From the NCBI GenBank assembly GCA_050633305.1, contig JBOEGF010000008.1, forward strand, positions 478,474-542,473: DNA of 64,000 nt, in the 5' to 3' direction. How positions within the stretch are numbered: the first letter of the stretch is position 1; each line of letters opens with the position of its first letter. The DNA is from Nannocystales bacterium. GTDB lineage: Bacteria; Myxococcota_A; Polyangia; Nannocystales; Nannocystaceae. The position numbers and the translations under genes are program-made. The notes under the pieces were generated by a model that was not told the origin of the DNA, ran no database searches, and worked only from the letters and a program-made list of their open reading frames with translations. Positions 38,274 to 48,329 of this stretch are shown in pieces.

Positions 38274-39650
38274 TCAGTCGAAGAGGTGCTCGAGCAACAA
38301 CCCTTGCACGTCTGTGGCCCGCACGACCTCGTCTTGGAGCAGCCGGGCCTCGCTGGTGAGAAACACGGGCCCTGCCTCTGGTCTGTCCGTGGGACGACCG
38401 TGAGAGCCCCGTACCAACGAGGTGTCGAAACCGATCACATCGAGCGGGGCTCGCTGGTTGAGAACCTTCGAGCGAAACAGCCGCGAGGCCACGTACAGCG
38501 TCGGCATCGGCAACTCGGGGTCGACGAACAGCTCGACCGGATCGTACCCGGGCTTGTTGTGGATATCGACATTGCGGGCGTAGTCCGGGGCCCGCGCGTC
38601 GTCGAGCCAGAAGTAGTAGCTGAACCAGCGGTCGGCCTTGGAGATCGCAACAAGCTCTCCGGAGCGGTCGTGATCCAGACCGGCCGAGCGTTTGCCTTCG
38701 TCGTCGAGGACCGTCTCGATCCCCTCGACGCCCTCGAGCAGAGTCTTGACCTCCGCCACCCGCCCCGGGTTTTTTACATAGACGTGCGCGATTTGGTGGT
38801 CGGCGACCGCAAACGCCTCAGATGCGCCCGCATCGAAGTGCTCCTCGTTGCATTCCTCGCGAAACGCAATGAGTCCAGCCTCGCGGAGCACCCGGTTGAT
38901 GTGGACCGCTCCGCTGACCGACGTGATGCCGTACTCGGAGAGCACCACCACCCGAACGTCGTCGCGCTCTGCTTCGTCGATCAGAGTGCCGCACACGGCA
39001 TCGATGGCGCGGACATCCTCGGCGATCTTCGGGTCGTTCGGCCCGAGCCGCTGCAGGTTGTAGTCGAGGTGCGGAAGGTAGACGAGGTTGAGCGTGGGCT
39101 GCCGACTGCGATGCACGTGCAGCGCGGCTTGGGCGATCCACTCGGAGGACGCGATTCCCGCTCGCGGCCCCCAGAACTCGAACAGCGGAAACTGGCCGTA
39201 CGTGGCCTGCAACTCGTTGCGAAGCGTGCCGGGCGACGCGTGGATGTCGGGAAGCTTGCGTCCATCGGCCCTGTAGATCGGCCGCGGGGTGACGGCGTAG
39301 TCGACGTCCGCGTACATGTTGTACCACCAGAACATCTTGGCCACGGTGAAGCGCCCGTCTCGCCGCCGGGCCCGGTCCCACAGTTTCTCTCCTTGGACGA
39401 GTTGGTTGCTCTGACGCCAAAGCCACACCTGCGACAGATCGCGGAAGTACCACCCGTTGGCGACACAACCATGTCCACGCGGAAGCTCTCCGGTCACGAA
39501 CGTGCTCTGTACGCTGCACGTCAGCGCGGGCGTGACCGTGTCGAGCGAGGCCTGGGCACCACGCTCGATCAGCCGATTGAGATTCGGGGTGTTGGGACCC
39601 AGCAGGTCCGTCGTCAGTCCAACGACATTGAGAACGAGCGTGCGGTGCAT
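38274..39650 (-). CDS. eboF: EboF alkaline-phosphatase/nucleotide pyrophosphatase superfamily protein
   Basis: VLNVVGL, PALTCSVQST, NGWYFRD, FWWYNM, YLPHLDYNLQR, SEYG, VDIHNKPGYDPVELF, RGSHG. Confidence 0.93.
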   Translation of the reverse strand: MHRTLVLNVVGLTTDLLGPNTPNLNRLIERGAQASLDTVTPALTCSVQSTFVTGELPRGHGCVANGWYFRDLSQVWLWRQSNQLVQGEKLWDRARRRDGRFTVAKMFWWYNMYADVDYAVTPRPIYRADGRKLPDIHASPGTLRNELQATYGQFPLFEFWGPRAGIASSEWIAQAALHVHRSRQPTLNLVYLPHLDYNLQRLGPNDPKIAEDVRAIDAVCGTLIDEAERDDVRVVVLSEYGITSVSGAVHINRVLREAGLIAFREECNEEHFDAGASEAFAVADHQIAHVYVKNPGRVAEVKTLLEGVEGIETVLDDEGKRSAGLDHDRSGELVAISKADRWFSYYFWLDDARAPDYARNVDIHNKPGYDPVELFVDPELPMPTLYVASRLFRSKVLNQRAPLDVIGFDTSLVRGSHGRPTDRPEAGPVFLTSEARLLQDEVVRATDVQGLLLEHLFD

Positions 39651-39652
39651 CG

Positions 39653-40537
39653 TCAATCGTCGACACGCGGGGTCTGACCGCGCAGGACCGAGTTGCCAAA
39701 CCACAACTGCGTTTGGTCTACACGAACGTTGGTCGCGATCGCTTCCAGATCGAGCCGACCACTTTGAGCGAAGAACGCGACCGGGTTGTTCCAGCAGATC
39801 TCCGTGATGACGTCGTCGGAGATTCCGGCCTCGCGCATCGCCTGCGCTGTTTTGGGGACCTTCAGCGGATCACTGACGCCCCAGTCGGCCGCGCTGTTGA
39901 TGATGACGCGCTCTCCCCCGAAGTTCTGAACGATGCTCACCATGCGGTGCTCGTCCATCTTGGTGTTGGGGTAGATCGAGTGCCCCGCCCACATTCCGGT
40001 GTCGAGGACAGAAGCGATCGTCTCTTCGTTGTTGTGGTCGACGAGGACCATCGAGGGGTCGACGCCGACGTCCTTGACCACATCGAGCGTCCGGCGGGTG
40101 CCTGCGGCCTTGTCCCGGTGCGGCGTGTGAATCAGGATCGGAAGGCCGTGCTCCTTACCGAGCTCCAGCTGACGGATGAAGAACTTCTCCTCGGCCGGAG
40201 TCTGATCGTCGTATCCGATCTCCCCGACCGCCACGACGCCGTCCTTCTCCAGGTAGAGGTCGACCATCTCGATCACCGCATCGGCGATCTCCGGGTTGTT
40301 CGCTTCTTTGGGGTTGAGCCCCATCGTGCAGAAGTGGCGGATGCCAAACTGGCTTGCACGGAATCGTTCCCAGCCGATCAGAGAAAGGAAGTAATCCTCG
40401 AACGTGCCCGCGTGGGTCCGTGGCTGGCCAAGCCAAAACGCTGGCTCGACGATCGCAGCGATGCCGGCGTCAGCCATCGCCTGGTAATCGTCCGTGGTTC
40501 GGGACGTCATGTGGATGTGAGGGTCGAAGAGCTTCAT
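39653..40537 (-). CDS. eboB: EboB TatD-family hydrolase
   Basis: FDPHIHMTSRTTDDY, EPAFWLGQPR, GEIGYD, HTPHRDK, DHNNE, SAADWGVSDPL. Confidence 0.94.
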   Translation of the reverse strand: MKLFDPHIHMTSRTTDDYQAMADAGIAAIVEPAFWLGQPRTHAGTFEDYFLSLIGWERFRASQFGIRHFCTMGLNPKEANNPEIADAVIEMVDLYLEKDGVVAVGEIGYDDQTPAEEKFFIRQLELGKEHGLPILIHTPHRDKAAGTRRTLDVVKDVGVDPSMVLVDHNNEETIASVLDTGMWAGHSIYPNTKMDEHRMVSIVQNFGGERVIINSAADWGVSDPLKVPKTAQAMREAGISDDVITEICWNNPVAFFAQSGRLDLEAIATNVRVDQTQLWFGNSVLRGQTPRVDD

Positions 40538-41184
40538 CGGGACTCCAAGAGTTGGTGCAACAATCCAATATCGGCCGGCACGGGGCGCGCAGCAGCGGTT
40601 CTCTCAGCGGCAAAGTCGTCGGCCATGCGTAGGAGTTCCGCGGTCACTCGGCGCGACAGACCGTTGATCTCCTCAACCGGCACGCCCATGAACACGGCCT
40701 TGAGGACGAGCTGGTTGAAACTGTCGTCGGGGAAGTGTGCAGCGGGGTACGGGTTGCCACACGCAACGGCGCGGAACACCACCTCGGAGTTGGTCCGGCA
40801 TGCCTCCACAGCATGCGGAACCAGCCGCGTCGGACCTGGGAGCAGCGGCAACATCCGCAGCAGCGACTCTTGCTCGCCCTGCTCTCCCCGGCGCAGCCAT
40901 TGACCGTAGGCCGTCACGGCAGACTCGGGGTCGACCTGCTCGAAGACCCGCAGGACCACTGCGGCACGAGCCGCATCTCGAACCGTCCACCCTGCGGCAC
41001 CCAGAGTTTCTCCGGGGAGCCGCGCGTCGCCGACTTTACGAGTGCAGCGCGCAAGCAGCACCCGGACGCCTGAGAGCGCATCCGGGTCTATCTTGTCGAG
41101 GGCTGTGGTGAGCCAGTCGTCGGCTCCCGCCACCCCATGTTGAGCGACGAGTTCGCGCAAGCGCTGCAACCCCAAGTCGAGCAT
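40534..41184 (-). CDS. eboA: EboA domain protein
   Basis: GWTVRDAAR, EQESLLRML, ACRTN, NPYPAAHF, FNQLVLKAVF, AERTAAARPVP; ATGA-coupled to eboB. Confidence 0.92.
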   Translation of the reverse strand: MLDLGLQRLRELVAQHGVAGADDWLTTALDKIDPDALSGVRVLLARCTRKVGDARLPGETLGAAGWTVRDAARAAVVLRVFEQVDPESAVTAYGQWLRRGEQGEQESLLRMLPLLPGPTRLVPHAVEACRTNSEVVFRAVACGNPYPAAHFPDDSFNQLVLKAVFMGVPVEEINGLSRRVTAELLRMADDFAAERTAAARPVPADIGLLHQLLESR

Positions 41185-41208
41185 GGGGCGCAGCGTAGCA
41201 CCGAGTCG

Positions 41209-41907
41209 CTACGCCGGCGGGGTGTCGTCGGCTGCGGCTGCGTCATCGGCGGCCGCGGGTGCGGCACCGCTGTCCGCAGGTGCTGCATCAGCGGGAGCGT
41301 CCCCGTCGGCGGCTGCGTCACCATCGGCGGGCGCGTCACCATCAGCGGCTGCGTCCCCGTCGGCGGGCGCTTCACCATCCGCGGGCGGCGGTTCGTCGGC
41401 TGCGGGCTCCGCGTCAGCATCAGCATCCTCGTCAGCATCCGCATCCTCGTCAGCATCCGCATCCGCATCTTCGTCGGCATCCGCATCCTCGACGGCCACC
41501 GCCGGGGTATCGGCGACGGGCTCCTCGAGGAACTCGTACTGCACGAAGAACCCTACCGAGACCACCAGGCCGATGGCTGCCGCGATCGCGGTGACGATGA
41601 TTCGAATGGTGAATGCGCTCTGCAGCTGAGCGAGTGCACCCAACATATTCGGCACATCATCATCTTCGGTCGTCACGACCGCATCGAGGAGCGTGGCGCC
41701 CTTCCAGAACGTCACCCCGATCGCGAGGTCGACCAGGATGCCGAGGATGTTGAGGTTCACAACCTGCACGCAGGTCGAGAGGAAGAACATCACCGACAAC
41801 GCCTTCGCCCAGGTGGCGGCACGCGAGATCGTGGAGTTCTCAGTCTTGCTGAATTCGTACGAAGGCGGGGCCGTGGGAGGCGGTGCAACGACGGTTTGAT
41901 TGGTCAT
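41209..41907 (-). CDS. Membrane protein (DUF5362-like) with Asp/Ala-rich repeat tail
   Basis: YEFSKTENSTIS, about 3 TM, tail of DADADE and (A/P)ADGD repeats; AAAGGA RBS. Confidence 0.75.
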   Translation of the reverse strand: MTNQTVVAPPPTAPPSYEFSKTENSTISRAATWAKALSVMFFLSTCVQVVNLNILGILVDLAIGVTFWKGATLLDAVVTTEDDDVPNMLGALAQLQSAFTIRIIVTAIAAAIGLVVSVGFFVQYEFLEEPVADTPAVAVEDADADEDADADADEDADADEDADADAEPAADEPPPADGEAPADGDAAADGDAPADGDAAADGDAPADAAPADSGAAPAAADDAAAADDTPPA

Positions 41908-41933
41908 GACGGTGTCCTTTCGTGCAACGCGGC

Positions 41934-42737
<804 letters not shown>

Positions 42738-42787
42738 CGCGGCAGGGAGGGGTCGGCGGCAACAGTACCGGTCGGAGAGCGTAGCGG

Positions 42788-45604
42788 CTATCCGGCCTCG
42801 GTCGCATGTTCGGCGATCCACGCGTCGACAGCATTGAGGTGCCTGCGCATGGGGTGTTCTTGGGGAAGTGCTTCGAACCCGGCCCGCGCACTACGGGCGA
42901 GACGGAGGGCTCGAGGAAGGTCGGTCGCCTGGCTGGCTCGCGCCATGGCGAAACGCAGACGTGGAAGCTCGGTCGGAATACCTGGTCGGGTCGCGCGAAT
43001 CGACAGTGCGCGCTCGAGGGATCCCAACGCAGCATCGACCTGCCCGAGGTCCAGTTGAACGGAGCCCAGATCGGTCAGAAGTGATGCCAGGTCGTCGTGG
43101 TCTTCGCTGAGTGTCTTCTCGCCCACAACGAGCGCGCGCTCCAACAGATCGAGGGCCTCCGCCGCTCGACCTTGTGCGTGCACGCTGGCACCGAGCATGG
43201 TCAGTGCCCGAGCGACATCGGGGTGATGGGCGTTGGTCGCCTCGAACGTGGTCAGCGAACGGCGGGCCAGACTCTCGGCGGCCTCGGCGTGTCCATCGAA
43301 GAGCTCCGCCTGCGCCAGACTGAGGTTCGCCTGGCCAATGTAGACCTCATTGCGAGCACCGGAGGCCTCCCAAACCTGCAAGGATTCGGTGAGAAGCTCC
43401 TTCGATTCGCGGGTCCGCCCTTGTCGGAGCAACAGCGCGCCGACGTTCGCCTTCATCGGGGCTACGGAGGGATGTCGCGGCCCGTGCGTTCGCTCTTGTA
43501 GCTCGATCGCTCGTTCGAGGTTGCGCTTGGCGGCGTGCGCGTCTTGGCGGAGAAGGTTCACGGCAGCGAGATTGTTGTAGATACGGCCCATCGTGGGGTG
43601 CTCAGGGCCCGACGCAGCGCGCTGACGCTCCAGCGCGAGCTGGAACTGATCCTGCGCGTCTTCCAGACGGCCCTGCTGCACGAAGGTTGCACCCGTGGCG
43701 ATCGCAAGTTGAACCTGTTGTTCGACCGGGGCTCCCGCCCGCGCAACGGCGGCCCTCGCGGCTGCGATGAGCTCCGTCGCGGGCTCCGCTCGAGCCTGGC
43801 CGTGGCCCACGACACCGACCAGCGCAATCCAGGCCCGAGCCGCGGTGAGATCGTCCCTGCCCGCCGACGCCGTCTGGATCGCCTCGCGCAGCAGCGGCTC
43901 CGACCGATCGGTATTCCCGGTCGCGAGTGCGAGTTTCCCTTCCCGCAGAAGTGCCTCGGCCAGCACCGGGGCATGACCCACGACCCGCGCCCGCTGAACG
44001 GCGACCTTGGCCAACGCCAGCCCTCGGGCGTATCGCCCGGCATCCTCGTGGACCTTGACCCGCGCGAGTGACGCACGGAGGTCGTGGATGCGTTCGCGGA
44101 CGTCGGGGTCGTCCGGGACAGGCACCGGCGCCTTTAAGAGATCCGTATCGGCACAGACCCGAACCGGAACGAGCTTCGCGGTCGCCGCGACTCCGGTCCG
44201 GATGAGCTCCGGGTCGGCATCCGCGAGCAGCTCGGTGAGAGCGTCGAACTCGTCGAGCCGCCGAGCGAGGCACTCCATGCGGAGATCGAGCATCGCGTCG
44301 GACTGCTCCTGACGGACCCGAGTCGCCTCGCAGGCGTCGGTGTGCATCTCGACCCAGCTTCCCCGGTACGCATCGAGCTCGCTCGACACGGCGATCCAAG
44401 TCGCCTCCGCATAGGGCTGTCCGGTGTTGGAGAAGCGCGCCTCGATCGCGCTGCGCCGAGCCTGATCCCACGCGGGCAGGAACCGTTGCTCTGCACCCGC
44501 ACACGGCTCGACCGCCACCACATCCTCGTCGGCGAACCCGGCGGCAACACCCCACCCGCCCAGCAACACGGCAGTGCCGCCGATCCCTGCCAACGCGGCG
44601 AACTGAGGGCGACGCAGCGCGGACACTCGCTCGAGTTCGTCGAGCAGCGTTTGCATGCTCGAGTAGCGCTGGTCGGGATCGGCGGCCAACCCCTTGAGCA
44701 CGATCGCCCGGAGCCGGCCGGGGACCTTCACGTGGGAGGGAGGTCCTGGGACGTCCGCCTGGTCGATGAGCGCGAGGATCGCCTGCGCCCCGTCGGCAAC
44801 AAACGGTCGATGGCCATAAAGCGCCTCGTAGAGGGTGACGCAGAAGCTGAACTGATCGGTCCGACCGTCGACCGGCAGACCACGGTGCTGCTCCGGCGCC
44901 ATATAAGCTGGCGTCCCCGCGAGTCGACTCCGCACGGCCGCACGGGGAGCCGGACCCTTCTCGCTCAGGGACAACTGGCCGTCGTCCAGCTCGAACTCCC
45001 GGGCCAACCCAAAGTCCATGACATGCACGCGTCCATCTCGGGCGAGCATCACGTTGTCGGGTTTGAAGTCGCGGTGGACCAGCCCGGCTCCATGCGCCGC
45101 CGCGAGGCCTTCGCCCGCCTGAATCATCAGCTTGACCACAGCGCGCCACGGCAACGGCTCTCGGGCGAGACGGCTCGTGAGCGTTTCGCCGTCGACGAAC
45201 TCCATGGCGACGACGATGCGTCCGTCGTGCACCGCGACGTCGTGCACCGCGATCACGTTGGGGTGGCTCAGCCGAGCGAGCGCTCGAGCCTCCGCCATCA
45301 GCCGCTCCTGAGCTCGCTTCCGCTTGGAGGGGTCGCTGCTCGCCTTGCGCAGCAGCTTGATCGCGACCTTCCGATCGAGCTTGGGATCGTAGGCGGCGTA
45401 GACGACCCCCATGCCACCGGCGCCCAGCCGGTACAGCACCACGTACCGACCGAGAACCTCGTCCGGCGGCAGAAAGCCCGACGGAGTCGACTCGCCGCTG
45501 CCGCGCATGGGGACGTCACTGTCACCGCGATCGCTGGGGGTCGGCTCGGACACTGAGAGGACCAAGGATGCCCCGGGCGGCGGCGCGGGAGAAGGTGTCG
45601 CCAT
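42788..45604 (-). CDS. Membrane Ser/Thr protein kinase with periplasmic TPR repeats
   Basis: LGAGGMGVVY, VAIK, HRDFKPDN, DFG, GTPAYMAPE, TM, kinesin-light-chain-type TPRs (GPEHP, HHPDVA). Confidence 0.95.
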   Translation of the reverse strand: MATPSPAPPPGASLVLSVSEPTPSDRGDSDVPMRGSGESTPSGFLPPDEVLGRYVVLYRLGAGGMGVVYAAYDPKLDRKVAIKLLRKASSDPSKRKRAQERLMAEARALARLSHPNVIAVHDVAVHDGRIVVAMEFVDGETLTSRLAREPLPWRAVVKLMIQAGEGLAAAHGAGLVHRDFKPDNVMLARDGRVHVMDFGLAREFELDDGQLSLSEKGPAPRAAVRSRLAGTPAYMAPEQHRGLPVDGRTDQFSFCVTLYEALYGHRPFVADGAQAILALIDQADVPGPPSHVKVPGRLRAIVLKGLAADPDQRYSSMQTLLDELERVSALRRPQFAALAGIGGTAVLLGGWGVAAGFADEDVVAVEPCAGAEQRFLPAWDQARRSAIEARFSNTGQPYAEATWIAVSSELDAYRGSWVEMHTDACEATRVRQEQSDAMLDLRMECLARRLDEFDALTELLADADPELIRTGVAATAKLVPVRVCADTDLLKAPVPVPDDPDVRERIHDLRASLARVKVHEDAGRYARGLALAKVAVQRARVVGHAPVLAEALLREGKLALATGNTDRSEPLLREAIQTASAGRDDLTAARAWIALVGVVGHGQARAEPATELIAAARAAVARAGAPVEQQVQLAIATGATFVQQGRLEDAQDQFQLALERQRAASGPEHPTMGRIYNNLAAVNLLRQDAHAAKRNLERAIELQERTHGPRHPSVAPMKANVGALLLRQGRTRESKELLTESLQVWEASGARNEVYIGQANLSLAQAELFDGHAEAAESLARRSLTTFEATNAHHPDVARALTMLGASVHAQGRAAEALDLLERALVVGEKTLSEDHDDLASLLTDLGSVQLDLGQVDAALGSLERALSIRATRPGIPTELPRLRFAMARASQATDLPRALRLARSARAGFEALPQEHPMRRHLNAVDAWIAEHATEAG

Positions 45605-45749
45605 GGTCAGTGTCCGTAGCCGGCATGGCAAGGAGGGTTTCAGCCACTGCAACCGCAGATGCCACGCCCTCGCAGACAGGGGGCCCGATGCAAACCCATG
45701 AGATCGCGTCCATCCGGCTCGGGCGCACCGCTTGCTCAAGCGCCCGGGC

Positions 45750-46082
45750 ATGCTGTTCCACGCCATCGCCCTCTCCCTCCTCACGCTTTCCCCGACCCCC
45801 GACCCCGCCGCCGTCTCGCCCTCGTGCGAGGTCCGTCTGCAGGACGTCCACGAAGCCCAATACTCGCTCAATGGCCTCAGTCGCTCCGAGCGCAGTCTCA
45901 GGAGGCAGTTCGCGCGCGCTCGATCCCGAGCGGAGCGCCACGCGATCGAGCGCGTCTTGCTGCCGATCGCCAACCAGGCCCGAGCCCTCGAGAGCGAAGT
46001 CGACCTTCGAGAGCGCGCCTACATTCGCTGCGTCGAGGCCCAACTCGACGCCCGCGCCGAGCAAGCGACCCGCAGCCGCTGA
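45750..46082 (+). CDS. Small secreted helical hypothetical protein (two Cys)
   Basis: Signal MLFHAIALSLLTLSP; helical hairpin with a Cys pair. Confidence 0.6.
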   Translation: MLFHAIALSLLTLSPTPDPAAVSPSCEVRLQDVHEAQYSLNGLSRSERSLRRQFARARSRAERHAIERVLLPIANQARALESEVDLRERAYIRCVEAQLDARAEQATRSR

Positions 46083-46133
46083 GGTGCGACATGTCGGCGG
46101 CCCAGGCGAGAGTGACCCGGCGCATTTGTTTCC

Positions 46134-47144
46134 GTGAGCGCCCAGGGGTACACGTTCACCGTGCTGGACGCAGTTCTACCTGCGCTGACCGAGGTCGCGC
46201 GCGCTGTTCAGAAGCGCGCAGTGCTCGAGGAAAAGCTGCAGACACTCGTCGACGGCACCGCCGAACTCTTCGGCGCGAGCCATGCCTCGGTGCGACTCCT
46301 ACATCCGAGCCAAAGCCATCTCGTCGCGGCCTGTCGCTCGGGCCCTTCGCTGCACCCCGGTCCCGGTGCCGAGTTCCGCAGCGGCGAAGGTCTCGTCGGC
46401 TGGATCGTGGAGCACTCCACGCCGCTGCGACTCGCCGATCCCACCGGGGACCCGCGGTTCGTCGCCAAGCCGGGCTTCACCGGGATGGGCTGCTTCTTGG
46501 GCGCCCCGTTGCTCTCGACCCACGCATGCCTGGGAGCACTCAGTGTCGTCCGCTGGGACAAGCCGTTCACAGAGACGGAGGAGCAGTTGCTCGAGTTGGT
46601 CGCGGCGATCTGTGCCCCGCCGTTGGAGATCGCTCGGCTGTCTCGGCTGACCAAGCTCGACCCGCTCACGGGCGCACTCAACCGGCGTGGTCTCGAAGAG
46701 GGCTATCAGCCCGAGACGCCATCATCGGACACCCCGATGGCCGTCCTCATGGTCGACATCGACCACTTCAAGACGATCAACGACACACACGGACACGTAG
46801 TCGGCGACGTGGTCTTGCGACGGATCGCGCGACAGCTCAGCCGGGTGCTCCGAGCCTCCGACGCCATCGTCCGCTATGGCGGAGAAGAGTTCCTTCTGCT
46901 GCTGTCCGAGGTCACGCTGCCCCAGGCCGAGCAGGTTGCCGAGCGCGCCCGCAGAGCCATCGAGGCACAGGTCATTCGCGTGGGTGGTGCGACGATGAAC
47001 GTCACCGTCTCCATGGGCATCGAAGCGCAGCGCAGTGGCGAGCCGCTGAGCGCTGCCGTCAAGCGTGCCGACGCCGCGCTCTATCAAGCCAAGCGCGAGG
47101 GTCGGAACCGGGTCGTCCGAGCGACCAGCGAGACCGACGCGTAA
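46134..47144 (+). CDS. GAF-GGDEF diguanylate cyclase
   Basis: GAF (GEGLVGW, DPRF); DPLTGALNRR, DIDHFKTINDTHGH, I-site RASD, GGEEF, ADAALYQAK. Confidence 0.95.
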   Translation: MSAQGYTFTVLDAVLPALTEVARAVQKRAVLEEKLQTLVDGTAELFGASHASVRLLHPSQSHLVAACRSGPSLHPGPGAEFRSGEGLVGWIVEHSTPLRLADPTGDPRFVAKPGFTGMGCFLGAPLLSTHACLGALSVVRWDKPFTETEEQLLELVAAICAPPLEIARLSRLTKLDPLTGALNRRGLEEGYQPETPSSDTPMAVLMVDIDHFKTINDTHGHVVGDVVLRRIARQLSRVLRASDAIVRYGGEEFLLLLSEVTLPQAEQVAERARRAIEAQVIRVGGATMNVTVSMGIEAQRSGEPLSAAVKRADAALYQAKREGRNRVVRATSETDA

Positions 47145-47183
47145 CCGCTCGCTCCCTTCCCAGGCGGCCGGGGCGGCCAGCTC

Positions 47184-48329
47184 CTACCCCCCCACAGAGC
47201 GTCGCATTGCATCCAGCAAGCCGGCGGCGACGTGGTCCCATGTGCACTGCGCTTCGATGCGAGCGCGGGCCGTCGCGCCCATCCGCGCGCGGACCTCGGG
47301 CTGCGTCAGGAGTCCGTGCAGTGCATCGGCCAACCCCGCGGGGTCCGACGGCTCGACCAGCAACCCGGTCTCCCCTGGCACGATCGCGTCCGGAACGCCG
47401 CCGGCTCGGGCTCCGATCACCGCGGTCTCGCAGGCGCCGGCCTCCAAGAAGACCAACCCAAAGCCTTCGACGTCCGGAGGCTCGCTGCGGGCAGGCATAC
47501 AGAACACGTCTGCCGCGGTCATGCAGTTGGCCATCTGGTCGTCGGGCACGCGACCCAAGAAGCGCACCGTGTCCTGAAGCCCAAGGTCTCGAACCCGAGT
47601 CTCGAGACGTTGGCGGTCCGGACCGCTGCCACCGATCGCGTACCGCAGACCGGGGATCCGCTCCCGCAGTTGGGCGACGGCTTCAAGCGTGGTGTCGATG
47701 CCCTTGCGCGGCACCAGCCGACAGACGGTCGTGACCAGCGGGCCGTCGCCCAGACCATGCTCCGCCCGAAATGCCGCCCCGTCGGCCGCGCGAAATGCTT
47801 CCGCGTCCACCCCGTTCGGAGCGACATGGATCGCGTCGCCCGACACGCCGGACGCTTCGAGCAAGCCACCCGTGTAGCCGCTGACAGGCATGAGGAGGTC
47901 TGCCTGCCTCAGCATGGCATCGCGCGCGGCCGCGTACGCGGTCCCGACCGCGGGAACGCGCTCCACGACGTTGAGAAGCAACTCCCGGCCATGCGCCGCC
48001 ACAAACACCCGCTGCACATGGTTCCGTCGGCGGAGCCACAGCCCCGCTGGCAGCGTGTACCACTGGGCGTGAAACACCGCGTCGAAGCCCTGCTTCGCGA
48101 TCGCGGCTCCCGAGCGCAGCGTCGCGAACACCATGCGGTCCGAGGGGACGGGCAGCCGATGCACCCGATAGGGAAGCTCGGCGTCGACCGCTTCGTGCCC
48201 AACATCTGCAGGCGCGACCATCTCGAAGCGATCGCAGGCCGCCGCGAATCGCTGCCCAAGCTCCGCGCTGTACGTCTGGATTCCGCCGGTCTGCGGCGGA
48301 AAGTCCTGGGTGATCATCAACAGGCGCAT
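47184..48329 (-). CDS. Glycosyltransferase family 4 (PimB-like)
   Basis: ITQDFPPQTGGIQTY, HG, NGVD, RLVPRKG, EGFGLVFLEA, GGVPDAI. Confidence 0.93.
   Translation of the reverse strand: MRLLMITQDFPPQTGGIQTYSAELGQRFAAACDRFEMVAPADVGHEAVDAELPYRVHRLPVPSDRMVFATLRSGAAIAKQGFDAVFHAQWYTLPAGLWLRRRNHVQRVFVAAHGRELLLNVVERVPAVGTAYAAARDAMLRQADLLMPVSGYTGGLLEASGVSGDAIHVAPNGVDAEAFRAADGAAFRAEHGLGDGPLVTTVCRLVPRKGIDTTLEAVAQLRERIPGLRYAIGGSGPDRQRLETRVRDLGLQDTVRFLGRVPDDQMANCMTAADVFCMPARSEPPDVEGFGLVFLEAGACETAVIGARAGGVPDAIVPGETGLLVEPSDPAGLADALHGLLTQPEVRARMGATARARIEAQCTWDHVAAGLLDAMRRSVGG

Noticed and set aside
45645..45664. Sigma54 promoter TGGCA...TTGCA upstream of the kinase (minus strand)
   Set aside because: GG-to-GC spacing is 11 nt rather than the required 10
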